The notes below the pieces were generated by a model. The model saw only the letters and a program-made list of their open reading frames with translations, was not told the origin of the DNA and searched no databases. The position numbers and the translations under genes were made by a program. This document shows positions 15,124-23,488 of a DNA stretch of 32,000 bases, one piece after another (positions within the stretch are counted from its first letter, which is position 1; each line of letters opens with the position of its first letter). The DNA is taken from NCBI GenBank assembly GCA_001897305.1, contig MKSO01000001.1, positions 390,001 through 422,000 of the forward strand, in the 5' to 3' direction. Source of the stretch: Candidatus Saccharimonadota bacterium. GTDB lineage: Bacteria > Patescibacteriota > Saccharimonadia > Saccharimonadales > Saccharimonadaceae.

Positions 15124-15187
15124 ATCACTCCTCCTAAACCCGTTTGCTGATCAAGAAGTTTTGTTCAGCCTTTTTGCGTTACAACCA

Positions 15188-15212
15188 TTATCCCTAGAAC
15201 GTTCACGGATAA
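15188..15212. promoter_or_regulatory. Inverted repeat TTATCC-N13-GGATAA upstream of the 83-aa ORF (operator candidate)
   Basis: TTATCC (15188..15193) and GGATAA (15207..15212) lie about 50 nt upstream of ATG 15261. Confidence 0.3.
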
Positions 15213-15260
15213 TACGGCGCACACAAAGTATAGACTTTATGAAACCTTAGGAGAACCAAT

Positions 15261-15512
15261 ATGAATCGTGTACATATTAACGAACAAGTCGCTATTACCC
15301 AAATGGGCTTCAAGAAGAACCTATCGGCTTACCCACGCCGTATGGAGTTCCGCGGGACTATCTACGAATTTCTTGACGCTGGCCTACGCTGCTTGGTAAA
15401 AGCTGGTAACCAGATTACCGAAATCGTCACCATGACGGACGGCCAGAAGCAATTCCAGCTTCGCAGCGACAACCACGGCGGCAACTGGACCTTGGTGAGT
15501 ATTTTGTCATGA
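15261..15512 (+). CDS. Hypothetical small protein (83 aa)
   Basis: AGGAG (15249..15253) lies 7 nt upstream of the ATG. The predicted protein is soluble. I recognise no family. Confidence 0.6.
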   Translation: MNRVHINEQVAITQMGFKKNLSAYPRRMEFRGTIYEFLDAGLRCLVKAGNQITEIVTMTDGQKQFQLRSDNHGGNWTLVSILS

Positions 15513-15622
15513 GTAAGTACCTGCTCGATGACATACGCCTGAGCTATGAGCCGATTAAGACAAAAAGGCTAACAATGTGGCAACGGGTGGCTTTATGGCT
15601 GCCTAGGTCACAGGCGAAGTAG
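15509..15622 (+). CDS. Possible translationally coupled micro-ORF (37 aa)
   Basis: Not in the ORF track, which reports only longer ORFs. ATG 15509 forms an ATGA overlap with the stop of the 83-aa ORF. It translates to MSKYLLDDIRLSYEPIKTKRLTMWQRVALWLPRSQAK with a TAG stop at 15620..15622. It ends just before the terminator. Confidence 0.3.
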   Translation: MSKYLLDDIRLSYEPIKTKRLTMWQRVALWLPRSQAK

Positions 15623-15633
15623 CCGGTACAACT

Positions 15634-15663
15634 AAAAACACCGCAATATCTAGCGGTGTTTTT
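15634..15663. terminator. Bidirectional rho-independent terminator between convergent genes
   Basis: AAAAACACCGC (15634..15644), loop AATATCTA, then GCGGTGTTTTT (15653..15663). The stem is flanked by an A-run and a T-run, so it can function on both strands. Confidence 0.8.
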
Positions 15664-15677
15664 GATTTATTAGGCGG

Positions 15678-16289
15678 TTACTTCAGTATGTTTGCAGCGA
15701 CTAAGGCGTTGTAATGTTCGGGTCGCTCTTCTTTCAATAGAGCAGCGATTTTCCCTAAAATAACGCCATCAGCCCGTAGGTTATATTGTCTAGCAAATTC
15801 CATAATACGGCTATCGGCTTCTTCGGCTTCTGTTTCGTCCACAAGCAGTTCAATTTCAACGAGGGCGTAGGTGAACTCGGAGTCATCGTAAGTTGCAGAG
15901 TCGACATCAATATGAAAGCCATCTTTTTCGTAACTAGAGCGGTTGGTATAGCATGTCATAAAGGGCGCAATGTCTGCTTTATTAAAGGCGGTATCAATCG
16001 TGTCATTGGGGTCGAGACCTAATTCTTGCAGAATAAGTCGTGGGTCGGTAATTTCATGATACCGGTTAGTACCGCTATACGAGCCGCTCCCGGCTTTTGG
16101 GGGCGCTTTCAATTCGTAAACACCGTCACGTTCACGAAGCCAAAGATCATGAGTGCTTAATTCGTAGGTTGGCGTGTCCAAGTATGTATCAGTAACAGCC
16201 TTGCTTTCAATGATTTTGGCATCTTTCAAGAGTGCTTCTTGCTGCTCTGGGGTGGGTAAGAATTTCTTTTCAATTTCAATGGTAGCCAT
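15678..16289 (-). CDS. CYTH-domain protein (triphosphate tunnel metalloenzyme, ThTPase/CyaB-like)
   Basis: 203 aa. N-terminal ExExK signature (IEIEKKF) and LWLRERDGVYELKAP, typical of the CYTH fold. Confidence 0.8.
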   Translation of the reverse strand: MATIEIEKKFLPTPEQQEALLKDAKIIESKAVTDTYLDTPTYELSTHDLWLRERDGVYELKAPPKAGSGSYSGTNRYHEITDPRLILQELGLDPNDTIDTAFNKADIAPFMTCYTNRSSYEKDGFHIDVDSATYDDSEFTYALVEIELLVDETEAEEADSRIMEFARQYNLRADGVILGKIAALLKEERPEHYNALVAANILK

Positions 16290-16347
16290 GGCCTCATCAT
16301 AGCATGCGACTATGCTTTAGGATGGCGTGAAAATAACGACACCAGCA

Positions 16348-18885
16348 CTAGCGGGTTGTGTGCCCAGTTCGAAGCAGACGACGTCCAAACCACTTGTGGA
16401 TCTCAACAGGTATAATTGCTACGGCGAAGGCTATAAGGGTCGCAACAAATATGTCGCCAATTGCAACGGGGTTGACATGCAGGGCGCCTTGTAAAGGCCC
16501 AAACAGTGCCAAGGCTTGCATCGTAATGGCAATGGTAATACCGGCCCAGAATGGCCCGTGCCACACCTTCAAACGCGTAAAGAGTGAGTCGTAAGTGCTA
16601 CGGGCATTAAAGGCGTTCGCCCACTGCACGGCTACGAGGGTGACGAACACGATAGTTTGCCCATAGGCGGCTCCGTATTTGTCGCTGTAGATACTGTATA
16701 TAATGAGCGATAGTGTCGCCATTGATAAGGCCATTAAGATGATACGGCTGATCATGTATTTACCAAGAATGGGAGCTTTTGGATTAATAGGTTTGCGCTT
16801 CATGACCGACTTTTCACCCGGCTCTAACCCCAATGGGATAACCATAGTGGTGTCAGTCACGAGGTTGATCCATAAAATTTGAATAGGTTGCAATGGCATC
16901 GGCATTCCCAAAATTAAAGCGCCCAGCGTCACCATTACCTCACCAATATTAGTAGCCAGTAGGTATGTTAACATGCGGCGGATATTCGAGAAGATAATAC
17001 GACCCTCACGCATGGCGCGCACTATACTTGCAAAATTATCGTTAAGGAGAATAATATCACCGGCATCTTTGGCGATCTGTGAACCACTTCCCATAGCAAC
17101 CCCTACGTCAGCGTTCGCAAGTGCAGGAACATCGTTAACGCCGTCACCGGTCATAGCGGTAATTTCCTTCATGCGTAGCACTTTAAGGATGCGGAACTTA
17201 TTCTCAGGGGTAACTCGAGAGAATACTAAGGCTCGGTGGGCTTCGATAGCTAATTCATCGTCTGTCAAATCATCCATTTTGCGGCTGTCAAATACTTGAT
17301 CTCGTGATTTCACCAGGCCAAGCTTTAGACCAATAGCATAGGCCGTCTCGAGGTGGTCACCCGTAATCATGCGTACTGATACACCGGCTCTGTGGGCGGT
17401 AGCAATGGCGGTGCGCGCAGCCGGTCGTAGTGTGTCGGCAACAGCAATCAACCCGGCAAACGTTAACTGAAGCTTAGGGTGCATTTCAGTGAAAGCAAAC
17501 AGTGGCTTCTCGATACTGCTGGTTGCAACAGCAATCACGCGATAGCCCTGAGAAGTCAGTTGCTGCAGTGCAGTTTCGGCTTCTGATTTTTGGGCGTCAG
17601 TTAAGTTACTGCGCTCGATAATTTTCTCTGGCGCACCCTTGACCACCAGTTCATGCTTACCGCGGTGATGCCAGACGTTACCACTCATGGCAAATGATTG
17701 GTCAAAAGGAAGTTTTGCGATGTGGTCACCCTTTAGTTCAACGGTATTTTCGGCATTTGTGAAGTCAATCAAGGCAATATCAAGCGGGTCATGGGCGCGT
17801 TCTTCGTGTTGATTGATCGTTTTATGAATAACAGTCGGGAGATGGTGCTTTACCCAGGTCGGTTGCCAGGTCTCTTGAACGGAGAGTTTGTTTTCCGTAA
17901 GGGTACCCGTTTTATCGGTGGCAATAGTAGTAATGACACCGATGGTTTCAATAGCATTCATACTACGAACGAGCGCCTTTTTCGCCGCCATGCGCCGCAT
18001 ACCGAGCACTAGAATAACAGAGATGGCTATAGGGAGGCTTTCAGGAACGGCGGACACCGACAAAGCAATAACAAGTCGCAGTGCCTCGCCTACTTCAATA
18101 CCGCGGACGATGGCTAATATAAATGCGCCAACTGCTACTGCGGCGATAATTGCGATAATATAGGCAATAAGCTTATCGATCTTCTTCTGAACGGGGCTGG
18201 TGATATCGTCGGGGGCTTTGCCTGTTAGGGCTGCAATCCGCCCAAACTCCGTGTCGTTACCGGTGTAGATAACAACACCAGTCGCCACACCCGATGTAAT
18301 AAAGGAACCCTGGAATAGAATATTCTTTTGGTCGTAAACTTCTTTTTTACCTTTTAAAGGAGTAATTATCTTTTCAACCGGGACGGATTCGCCCGTTAGT
18401 ACCGCTTCATCGGCATGAACGGTTTCAACCTCTATAAGACGAATATCGGCCGGCACCTTGTCGCCTTCAGCAAGCTTTACGATATCACCTGGTACTAGTT
18501 GCGACGAATCAACCATGACGATCTCGCCGTTTCGAATAACTTCTATTTCTTGACCGTTTTTGCGTTGGAGCGAGCGAAGAATACGTTCAGTCGAAAAACG
18601 CTGCACATAGTAAATAGAAGCACTTGTAAGCATAATGACTAAAATAATTATGGCGTCTAGAACAGCGTGGTGCCAAAAGCTAATAAGTACGGCTACAAAT
18701 AGCACCGCCATAAAGACGTTTGCAAACGGTTCGATTATTTTCTTCCAGAAAGGCTCGCCCTTAATGGCGATTTCGTTAGGCCCGTACTTGTTGAGTCGCT
18801 CGGTGACCTGGTGGCGTGTCAGTCCGTCGCGTGTTGTTGATAGTTCTTTGAGTGTTTCGTCTGTTGTTTTTTGATAAAAAAGCAT
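16348..18885 (-). CDS. Cation-translocating P-type ATPase (type II, Ca2+/Mg2+-like)
   Basis: 845 aa. Motifs: TGES (LTGESVPV), PESLP, DKTGTLT phosphorylation site and TGDGVNDVPAL hinge. About 10 TM segments. Confidence 0.92.
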   Translation of the reverse strand: MLFYQKTTDETLKELSTTRDGLTRHQVTERLNKYGPNEIAIKGEPFWKKIIEPFANVFMAVLFVAVLISFWHHAVLDAIIILVIMLTSASIYYVQRFSTERILRSLQRKNGQEIEVIRNGEIVMVDSSQLVPGDIVKLAEGDKVPADIRLIEVETVHADEAVLTGESVPVEKIITPLKGKKEVYDQKNILFQGSFITSGVATGVVIYTGNDTEFGRIAALTGKAPDDITSPVQKKIDKLIAYIIAIIAAVAVGAFILAIVRGIEVGEALRLVIALSVSAVPESLPIAISVILVLGMRRMAAKKALVRSMNAIETIGVITTIATDKTGTLTENKLSVQETWQPTWVKHHLPTVIHKTINQHEERAHDPLDIALIDFTNAENTVELKGDHIAKLPFDQSFAMSGNVWHHRGKHELVVKGAPEKIIERSNLTDAQKSEAETALQQLTSQGYRVIAVATSSIEKPLFAFTEMHPKLQLTFAGLIAVADTLRPAARTAIATAHRAGVSVRMITGDHLETAYAIGLKLGLVKSRDQVFDSRKMDDLTDDELAIEAHRALVFSRVTPENKFRILKVLRMKEITAMTGDGVNDVPALANADVGVAMGSGSQIAKDAGDIILLNDNFASIVRAMREGRIIFSNIRRMLTYLLATNIGEVMVTLGALILGMPMPLQPIQILWINLVTDTTMVIPLGLEPGEKSVMKRKPINPKAPILGKYMISRIILMALSMATLSLIIYSIYSDKYGAAYGQTIVFVTLVAVQWANAFNARSTYDSLFTRLKVWHGPFWAGITIAITMQALALFGPLQGALHVNPVAIGDIFVATLIAFAVAIIPVEIHKWFGRRLLRTGHTTR

Positions 18886-18892
18886 TAGTAGT

Positions 18893-18920
18893 ATTGTACC
18901 ATTTTAGCTCTGTTAGACAA
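18893..18920 (-). promoter_or_regulatory. Promoter placing the transcription start at or next to the ATPase ATG (candidate leaderless mRNA)
   Basis: The minus strand reads TTGTCT (18920..18915), a 16-nt spacer, TG-G-TACAAT (TACAAT at 18898..18893), then only 7 nt (ACTACTA, no SD) before ATG 18885. Confidence 0.5.
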
Positions 18921-18938
18921 AGCCGAAGCTACGACTTT

Positions 18939-18967
18939 AAAAAGAAAAGACCGCGATATACGCGGCC
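18939..18967 (-). terminator. Rho-independent terminator after the greA-like gene
   Basis: The minus strand reads GGCCGCG, loop TATAT, CGCGGTC (7 bp with one G-U pair), then TTTTCTTTTT. Confidence 0.7.
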
Positions 18968-19006
18968 TTTTTATATGGTGTGGGTGCGATGCTGATACTC
19001 TATCGA

Positions 19007-19498
19007 TTAGCTAATGCTCACAAGGCGGAATGTGGTGCGGTGTGCCCCATTCCCCCACTCGACAATATCCTTCACCGTCTTGCCAAGTAGCGTGCTTCCT
19101 AATGGACTAAGAGCTGAAATGCGACCGTCGCTAGGGTTGGCTTCGATACTTTCTACAAGGGTGTAGCGAAATAGCTTGCCTTGTTGGTCGATAAGGTCAA
19201 CTACTGAACCAATAGCAACCTGCAAGCGGGCGCGTCGTGATGGAATTATTTTTGCCCGACTTAATACCTGTTGCTTTTCGACTAACTCGGCCTCAATTGT
19301 TTCGAGTCGTAGCAGTTTTTCGTTGCGTTCGAACCGATCGTCGTGGCCGGTGGTTTTATCAATCTCACGAAGGCTTCGGCGTACAGCGATGCGGTCGTGT
19401 TCGAGTTGTGCAATCGACTTACGCAATTCCTTCATGCCTTTTTTGCTAAGCAAAATAGCTTTTTGTTCATCTTGTTGCTTGGTGGTGGTTGTGTTCAT
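19007..19498 (-). CDS. greA: GreA/GreB-family transcript cleavage factor (divergent coiled-coil tip)
   Basis: The C-terminal domain has ISALSPLGSTLLGKTVKDIVEW, matching the GreA S-P-L/I-G-x-A-L-L-G-K block. There is an N-terminal coiled coil. I chose the start at ATG 19498 (MNTTTT...) because GGAAGGGAG lies 8 nt upstream. The ORF track extends to 19528. Confidence 0.8.
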   Translation of the reverse strand: MNTTTTKQQDEQKAILLSKKGMKELRKSIAQLEHDRIAVRRSLREIDKTTGHDDRFERNEKLLRLETIEAELVEKQQVLSRAKIIPSRRARLQVAIGSVVDLIDQQGKLFRYTLVESIEANPSDGRISALSPLGSTLLGKTVKDIVEWGNGAHRTTFRLVSIS

Positions 19499-19598
19499 GA
19501 TGTTCACTCCCTTCCTTTTAGGTGGCATAGTGTGCCGCTTTTTATGTAGCTTGTGCTACTAGCCTCAGTATCGCACGCAATCCTGAGAGCATTCTTAA

Positions 19599-20282
19599 CT
19601 ATGAGCGGGTTTTTGTTGTAATTTTGCCGTCGACAAGCGTAAAGGTTTTGTCGGTTTTACCGGCAATATCAAGATCGTGAGTGACGACAACAATAGTTGT
19701 ATTTTGTTTGCGCGATAAATCGTGCAGCAATGAAAATATTTTCTTGCCGGTTACACTGTCTAGGTTGCCAGTCGGTTCGTCGGCTAATATGTATGCCGGT
19801 TCATTAGCAAGGGCCCTGGCAATACTCACCCGCTGTTGCTGCCCACCACTTAAACGTGAAGGTCGACGTGTTAGTTGGTCATCTTCTATGCCAACTGCCG
19901 CTAGCAGTGCTGTGGCTCTATCCACTCGGCTTGCTGCCGGGTAGCCGCCAAATTCAAGAGCCAGTACAACGTTTTCTAAGGCAGTTAAATTTGGTACCAA
20001 GTTATATTGCTGAAACACAAACCCAATCTTTTTTGCTCGATATTTTGTTTGTTCATGCCCTTTGAGTTTCTCGATATTGGCATCATCGACAACTATACTT
20101 CCACTTGTTGGGCTGTCTAGGGCCCCTAGAATGCTTAGTAATGTACTTTTGCCACTTCCCGACTTCCCTATAATGCTGACGAATTCTCCGTTGCTTATCG
20201 TGAAACTAACATCTTTGAGAACGGTAACATCACCGCTGCTGGTAGTAAATGTTTTGGTTATATTCTTAACTTCTAATGACAT
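19599..20282 (-). CDS. ABC transporter ATP-binding protein (MacB/LolD-type)
   Basis: 227 aa. Walker A GKSGSGKST, signature LSGGQQQR, Walker B ILADEPTGNLD. Confidence 0.93.
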   Translation of the reverse strand: MSLEVKNITKTFTTSSGDVTVLKDVSFTISNGEFVSIIGKSGSGKSTLLSILGALDSPTSGSIVVDDANIEKLKGHEQTKYRAKKIGFVFQQYNLVPNLTALENVVLALEFGGYPAASRVDRATALLAAVGIEDDQLTRRPSRLSGGQQQRVSIARALANEPAYILADEPTGNLDSVTGKKIFSLLHDLSRKQNTTIVVVTHDLDIAGKTDKTFTLVDGKITTKTRS

Positions 20283-20293
20283 ACAAAGCTCCT

Positions 20294-21670
20294 TTATTCA
20301 GTCCTTAGTACTTCTGCTGGGCGAACTCTGGCGGTGAGCCAAGCTGGAATCGCGGTGCCTATAAGTGCTATAAAAATAGTCACCCCTGCCGCAATGAGCA
20401 AAATGTTTGGTGTTAAGCTCGCAGTAACCTGAGAGGCGTTGTCGCGAATCTGGTTAAAGCCTCCCCGTATAAAGTTTGCGCCTGGTGCTTCACTAGAATT
20501 AGTGGATGTTCTTACTCCTGATAGTTGCTGACTTGTTCTGTTCGTAGAAGATGTGTTTTGGCTCGATACAAGTGAGGTAGTCATAGGCCCGCTGACGAGT
20601 ATTCCTAGCACCATACCAATCACTGCTCCGAATACAGTTAAGGTTAGCCCTTCAATAATAAACTGCCCTACTACCTTGCCGTCGGTGCCACCAATTGCTT
20701 TCATGACGCCAATTTCCTTGCGACGTTCACGCACGACCATGATCATAGCGAGAAGTACGATTGCTGCACCAGCAACAGCCGCGGCAATGACACCGGTCAT
20801 CGCTAACGATGCAATACCTTGAAGCGACGATACGCTCGATTCTGCTCGTTCAATTTCGCTTGTAATATCAGCCGCCGAACCAAGCGATGATTTAAGGCTC
20901 GCAACAGTTGCTGCTACGTTATCACTACTGTCTACCTTGGCAACAACTGAGCTTACTACGCCAGCCTGATCGGTAATGGTTTGCAGGGTTTTTAGGGGCA
21001 TAATTATGCCACTGTCAGTAAACCTGTTGCCAGTATTATAAATACCGCTGACTGTAAATGTTTTAGAGTACGCTGTAAAAGTACTTCCAACGGATAGGTT
21101 GTTCTTGGTCGCTAGGTCGGTGCCAACGAGGGCTACAGTATCGCTCCCGCTTGCATCGATTGTTTTGCCACTACTTATCGATAGAGAGCTTCCATCGGTT
21201 GAGGCTGAGTTTACGTCTGTTGTGCCTGTAATTGTAATACCGGGAGTTCGCGGAGTTTCTGTACTCTTGTTTTCTGATGTACTGGATTCAGATGATGAGT
21301 TAGTAGTCTCGCGTTGAGCGCGTCCAAACCCGCCAAATTCAAGCGACGATGTTAGATTCGTATTGTCGCTCGAAAGCTGATCGGTAAGGGTCATGATTGT
21401 CGAGCTGATGTGAGAGGTTGAAGTTATGGTGTTTAACTGAGCTGCGGTTAACGGGTCACCTCCGCCCATACCGCCCATGGTGCCGGCAGGCCTAATAGTT
21501 ATGTTAGTTCCAGCGGTCGACTTTACCTCGTTAATTTTTGCAAGGACGCTACTTCGAGCAACTAACATACTGACAATTAAGGCGATGCTAATTGCGAACA
21601 TTAATATTATTGCACCTGATCGTACGGGGCTGCGTAGGGTATTTTTTACCCCTCGCGTCAAAGCATTCAT
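20294..21670 (-). CDS. ABC transporter permease, FtsX/MacB-type, with a large Ser/Thr-rich extracytoplasmic domain
   Basis: 458 aa. One N-terminal TM, an exported domain of about 270 aa (with low-complexity TTNSSSESSTSENKSTE), then 3 C-terminal TMs with the FtsX-like RERRKEIGVMKAIGG block. Confidence 0.85.
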   Translation of the reverse strand: MNALTRGVKNTLRSPVRSGAIILMFAISIALIVSMLVARSSVLAKINEVKSTAGTNITIRPAGTMGGMGGGDPLTAAQLNTITSTSHISSTIMTLTDQLSSDNTNLTSSLEFGGFGRAQRETTNSSSESSTSENKSTETPRTPGITITGTTDVNSASTDGSSLSISSGKTIDASGSDTVALVGTDLATKNNLSVGSTFTAYSKTFTVSGIYNTGNRFTDSGIIMPLKTLQTITDQAGVVSSVVAKVDSSDNVAATVASLKSSLGSAADITSEIERAESSVSSLQGIASLAMTGVIAAAVAGAAIVLLAMIMVVRERRKEIGVMKAIGGTDGKVVGQFIIEGLTLTVFGAVIGMVLGILVSGPMTTSLVSSQNTSSTNRTSQQLSGVRTSTNSSEAPGANFIRGGFNQIRDNASQVTASLTPNILLIAAGVTIFIALIGTAIPAWLTARVRPAEVLRTE

Positions 21671-21680
21671 AGAATGGTTT

Positions 21681-21707
21681 CTCCTGATTATTGGTTATTA
21701 CCAGGAG
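21681..21707 (-). promoter_or_regulatory. Intercistronic hairpin that includes the permease Shine-Dalgarno sequence
   Basis: The minus strand reads CTCCTG (21707..21702), 15 nt, then CAGGAG (21686..21681). The 3' arm is the SD (CAGGAGA) 10 nt upstream of ATG 21670. Confidence 0.3.
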
Positions 21708-21715
21708 TATACAAA

Positions 21716-22759
21716 CTAATTTTGAGCTTTGCTTGATATTTTCTTGATAATTGGCAGATAGAACGTAAATACAGTAGCTTCATCGCTACTAGAAACGGTA
21801 AGCTCACCGTGGTGGACTTCAATAATCTTTTGAGCGATGGATAGCCCAAGCCCGTAACCGTTTTGTGAACTGTGGGTACGAGAAGCATCGGCGCGATAAA
21901 ATCGTTCAAACAATTTACTTAATTTTTCTTCTGGGATTCTTTCGCCTTGATTGCTAATTTCGAAGCCAACCCGACCGCGTTGCTCAAAAATACGTATTTT
22001 AATAGGAGTAGCCAAAGGGCTATACTTTAAGGCGTTCTCAATGAGGATATTCATAAGTTCACTCACCGATGCTTCATTGGCTTGGGTAGTTGCCTTTTTA
22101 CGGGCTGTAATATCGAATCGCTTTTTGTCTTTAGGGTACCTCTTAATAGTCTCGGTAAGAAGCACTGGAAGGTCGACAGTATCGAATTCGAGTTTATCGT
22201 GGTCAAGTCGCGATAAGTGAAGGAGCATTTCAGAAAGCTTTATTAACTTATTTACTTCTTCAAGGTTACTTTCTAAAAGTTCACGCGATTCTTCGATTGA
22301 AAGTTTAGGGTCGCGTAGATTAACCTCTAGTTCAGTCTTCATAGCAGAGAGCGGAGTCCGCAATTCGTGGCTGGCGTCACTTGTAAAGCGACTTTGGGAT
22401 TCGTGGGCTTCAGCGATAGGCCGTAGCGTGCGACGAGCCAAGAAAAAGGCGCCGAGCCCACCGGCAATGAATACTACTATATTAATGTATACCAGCGACA
22501 GGATCATCTGTGTGGATGCTTTGCGTGATTCGCTATTGACGCGACTATCGTCCCTATCGTTAAAACTGTTCAAATAAATGAAAGGCACTGGGCCGTTTAA
22601 ATCATCTATCAGGCTGTGCTGGAGGTTTTCCAACCTATTACTCACTTCTCTATAATTGAGCTGATAAATGACAATACTAAACGTAATACTTATTGCCATA
22701 AGTATAGCTAAGTACCAAGCGGTTAGTTTTAGAGTGGCAGATTGGAACATGCGTTGCAT
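21716..22759 (-). CDS. Sensor histidine kinase (HisKA + HATPase_c), two TM helices, no obvious HAMP/PAS domain
   Basis: 347 aa. H-box SDASHELRTPLS, N-box ENALKYS, G-box GYGLGLSIAQ. Confidence 0.9.
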   Translation of the reverse strand: MQRMFQSATLKLTAWYLAILMAISITFSIVIYQLNYREVSNRLENLQHSLIDDLNGPVPFIYLNSFNDRDDSRVNSESRKASTQMILSLVYINIVVFIAGGLGAFFLARRTLRPIAEAHESQSRFTSDASHELRTPLSAMKTELEVNLRDPKLSIEESRELLESNLEEVNKLIKLSEMLLHLSRLDHDKLEFDTVDLPVLLTETIKRYPKDKKRFDITARKKATTQANEASVSELMNILIENALKYSPLATPIKIRIFEQRGRVGFEISNQGERIPEEKLSKLFERFYRADASRTHSSQNGYGLGLSIAQKIIEVHHGELTVSSSDEATVFTFYLPIIKKISSKAQN

Positions 22760-22776
22760 TGCCGAAAGCCTTTTTG

Positions 22777-23448
22777 TTATGCCTCGAGCTTATAGCCAAA
22801 GCCCCGAACCGTATGGATGAGTGGCTTAGGAAATGGCGTATCAATTTTATTACGGAGATACTTTACGTACACCTCGACGGTATTTGGCAGAATATCTGCG
22901 TCATAGTCCCAGACGTGGCTTATAATAACTTCTTTGCTAATGGGACGGCCTTGATTTCGAAGCAGGTACTCAAGGAGGGCGAACTCTTTACTTGTCAGTT
23001 GAATATCTTTGCCTCCTCTTTTCACGCTGTACGTGACAGTGTCGAGCGACAGATCACCTGCGGTTAAGGTGTCGGACTGTTGTTCGGATGGTCGTCGTAA
23101 GAGGGCACGAACGCGGGCAAGTAACTCTTCGAGAGCAAATGGTTTTACAAGGTAGTCGTCTGCACCAGCGTCAAGCCCTGTTGTGCGTTCGGCGATGCTG
23201 TCGAGGGCACTTAAAAAGAGTACTGGTGTATGGATTTTTGCCTCGCGCATTGCTTTGACAATAGCAACACCATCGTATGCCCCGGGAAGCATACGGTCGA
23301 TGATAGCAACATCGTATGGTTCGGTGGTGGCCATAGCATAGCCTTCATCACCGTCGTAGGCGACATCCACGGCATAGGTTTCTTGTTCTAGCGCCTTCGC
23401 AAGAGCTCGGGCGATTTTGTGTTCATCTTCTACAACTAAAACTCTCAT
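22777..23448 (-). CDS. OmpR-family response regulator
   Basis: 223 aa. Receiver domain (VLVVEDE...DVAIIDRMLPG...KPF) plus a winged-helix C-terminus (LTSKEFALLEYL...VRGFGYKL). Confidence 0.93.
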   Translation of the reverse strand: MRVLVVEDEHKIARALAKALEQETYAVDVAYDGDEGYAMATTEPYDVAIIDRMLPGAYDGVAIVKAMREAKIHTPVLFLSALDSIAERTTGLDAGADDYLVKPFALEELLARVRALLRRPSEQQSDTLTAGDLSLDTVTYSVKRGGKDIQLTSKEFALLEYLLRNQGRPISKEVIISHVWDYDADILPNTVEVYVKYLRNKIDTPFPKPLIHTVRGFGYKLEA

Positions 23449-23488
23449 ACTACTAGTATACAGTTAGAAAGCTTAAAACGTGCTTAGT

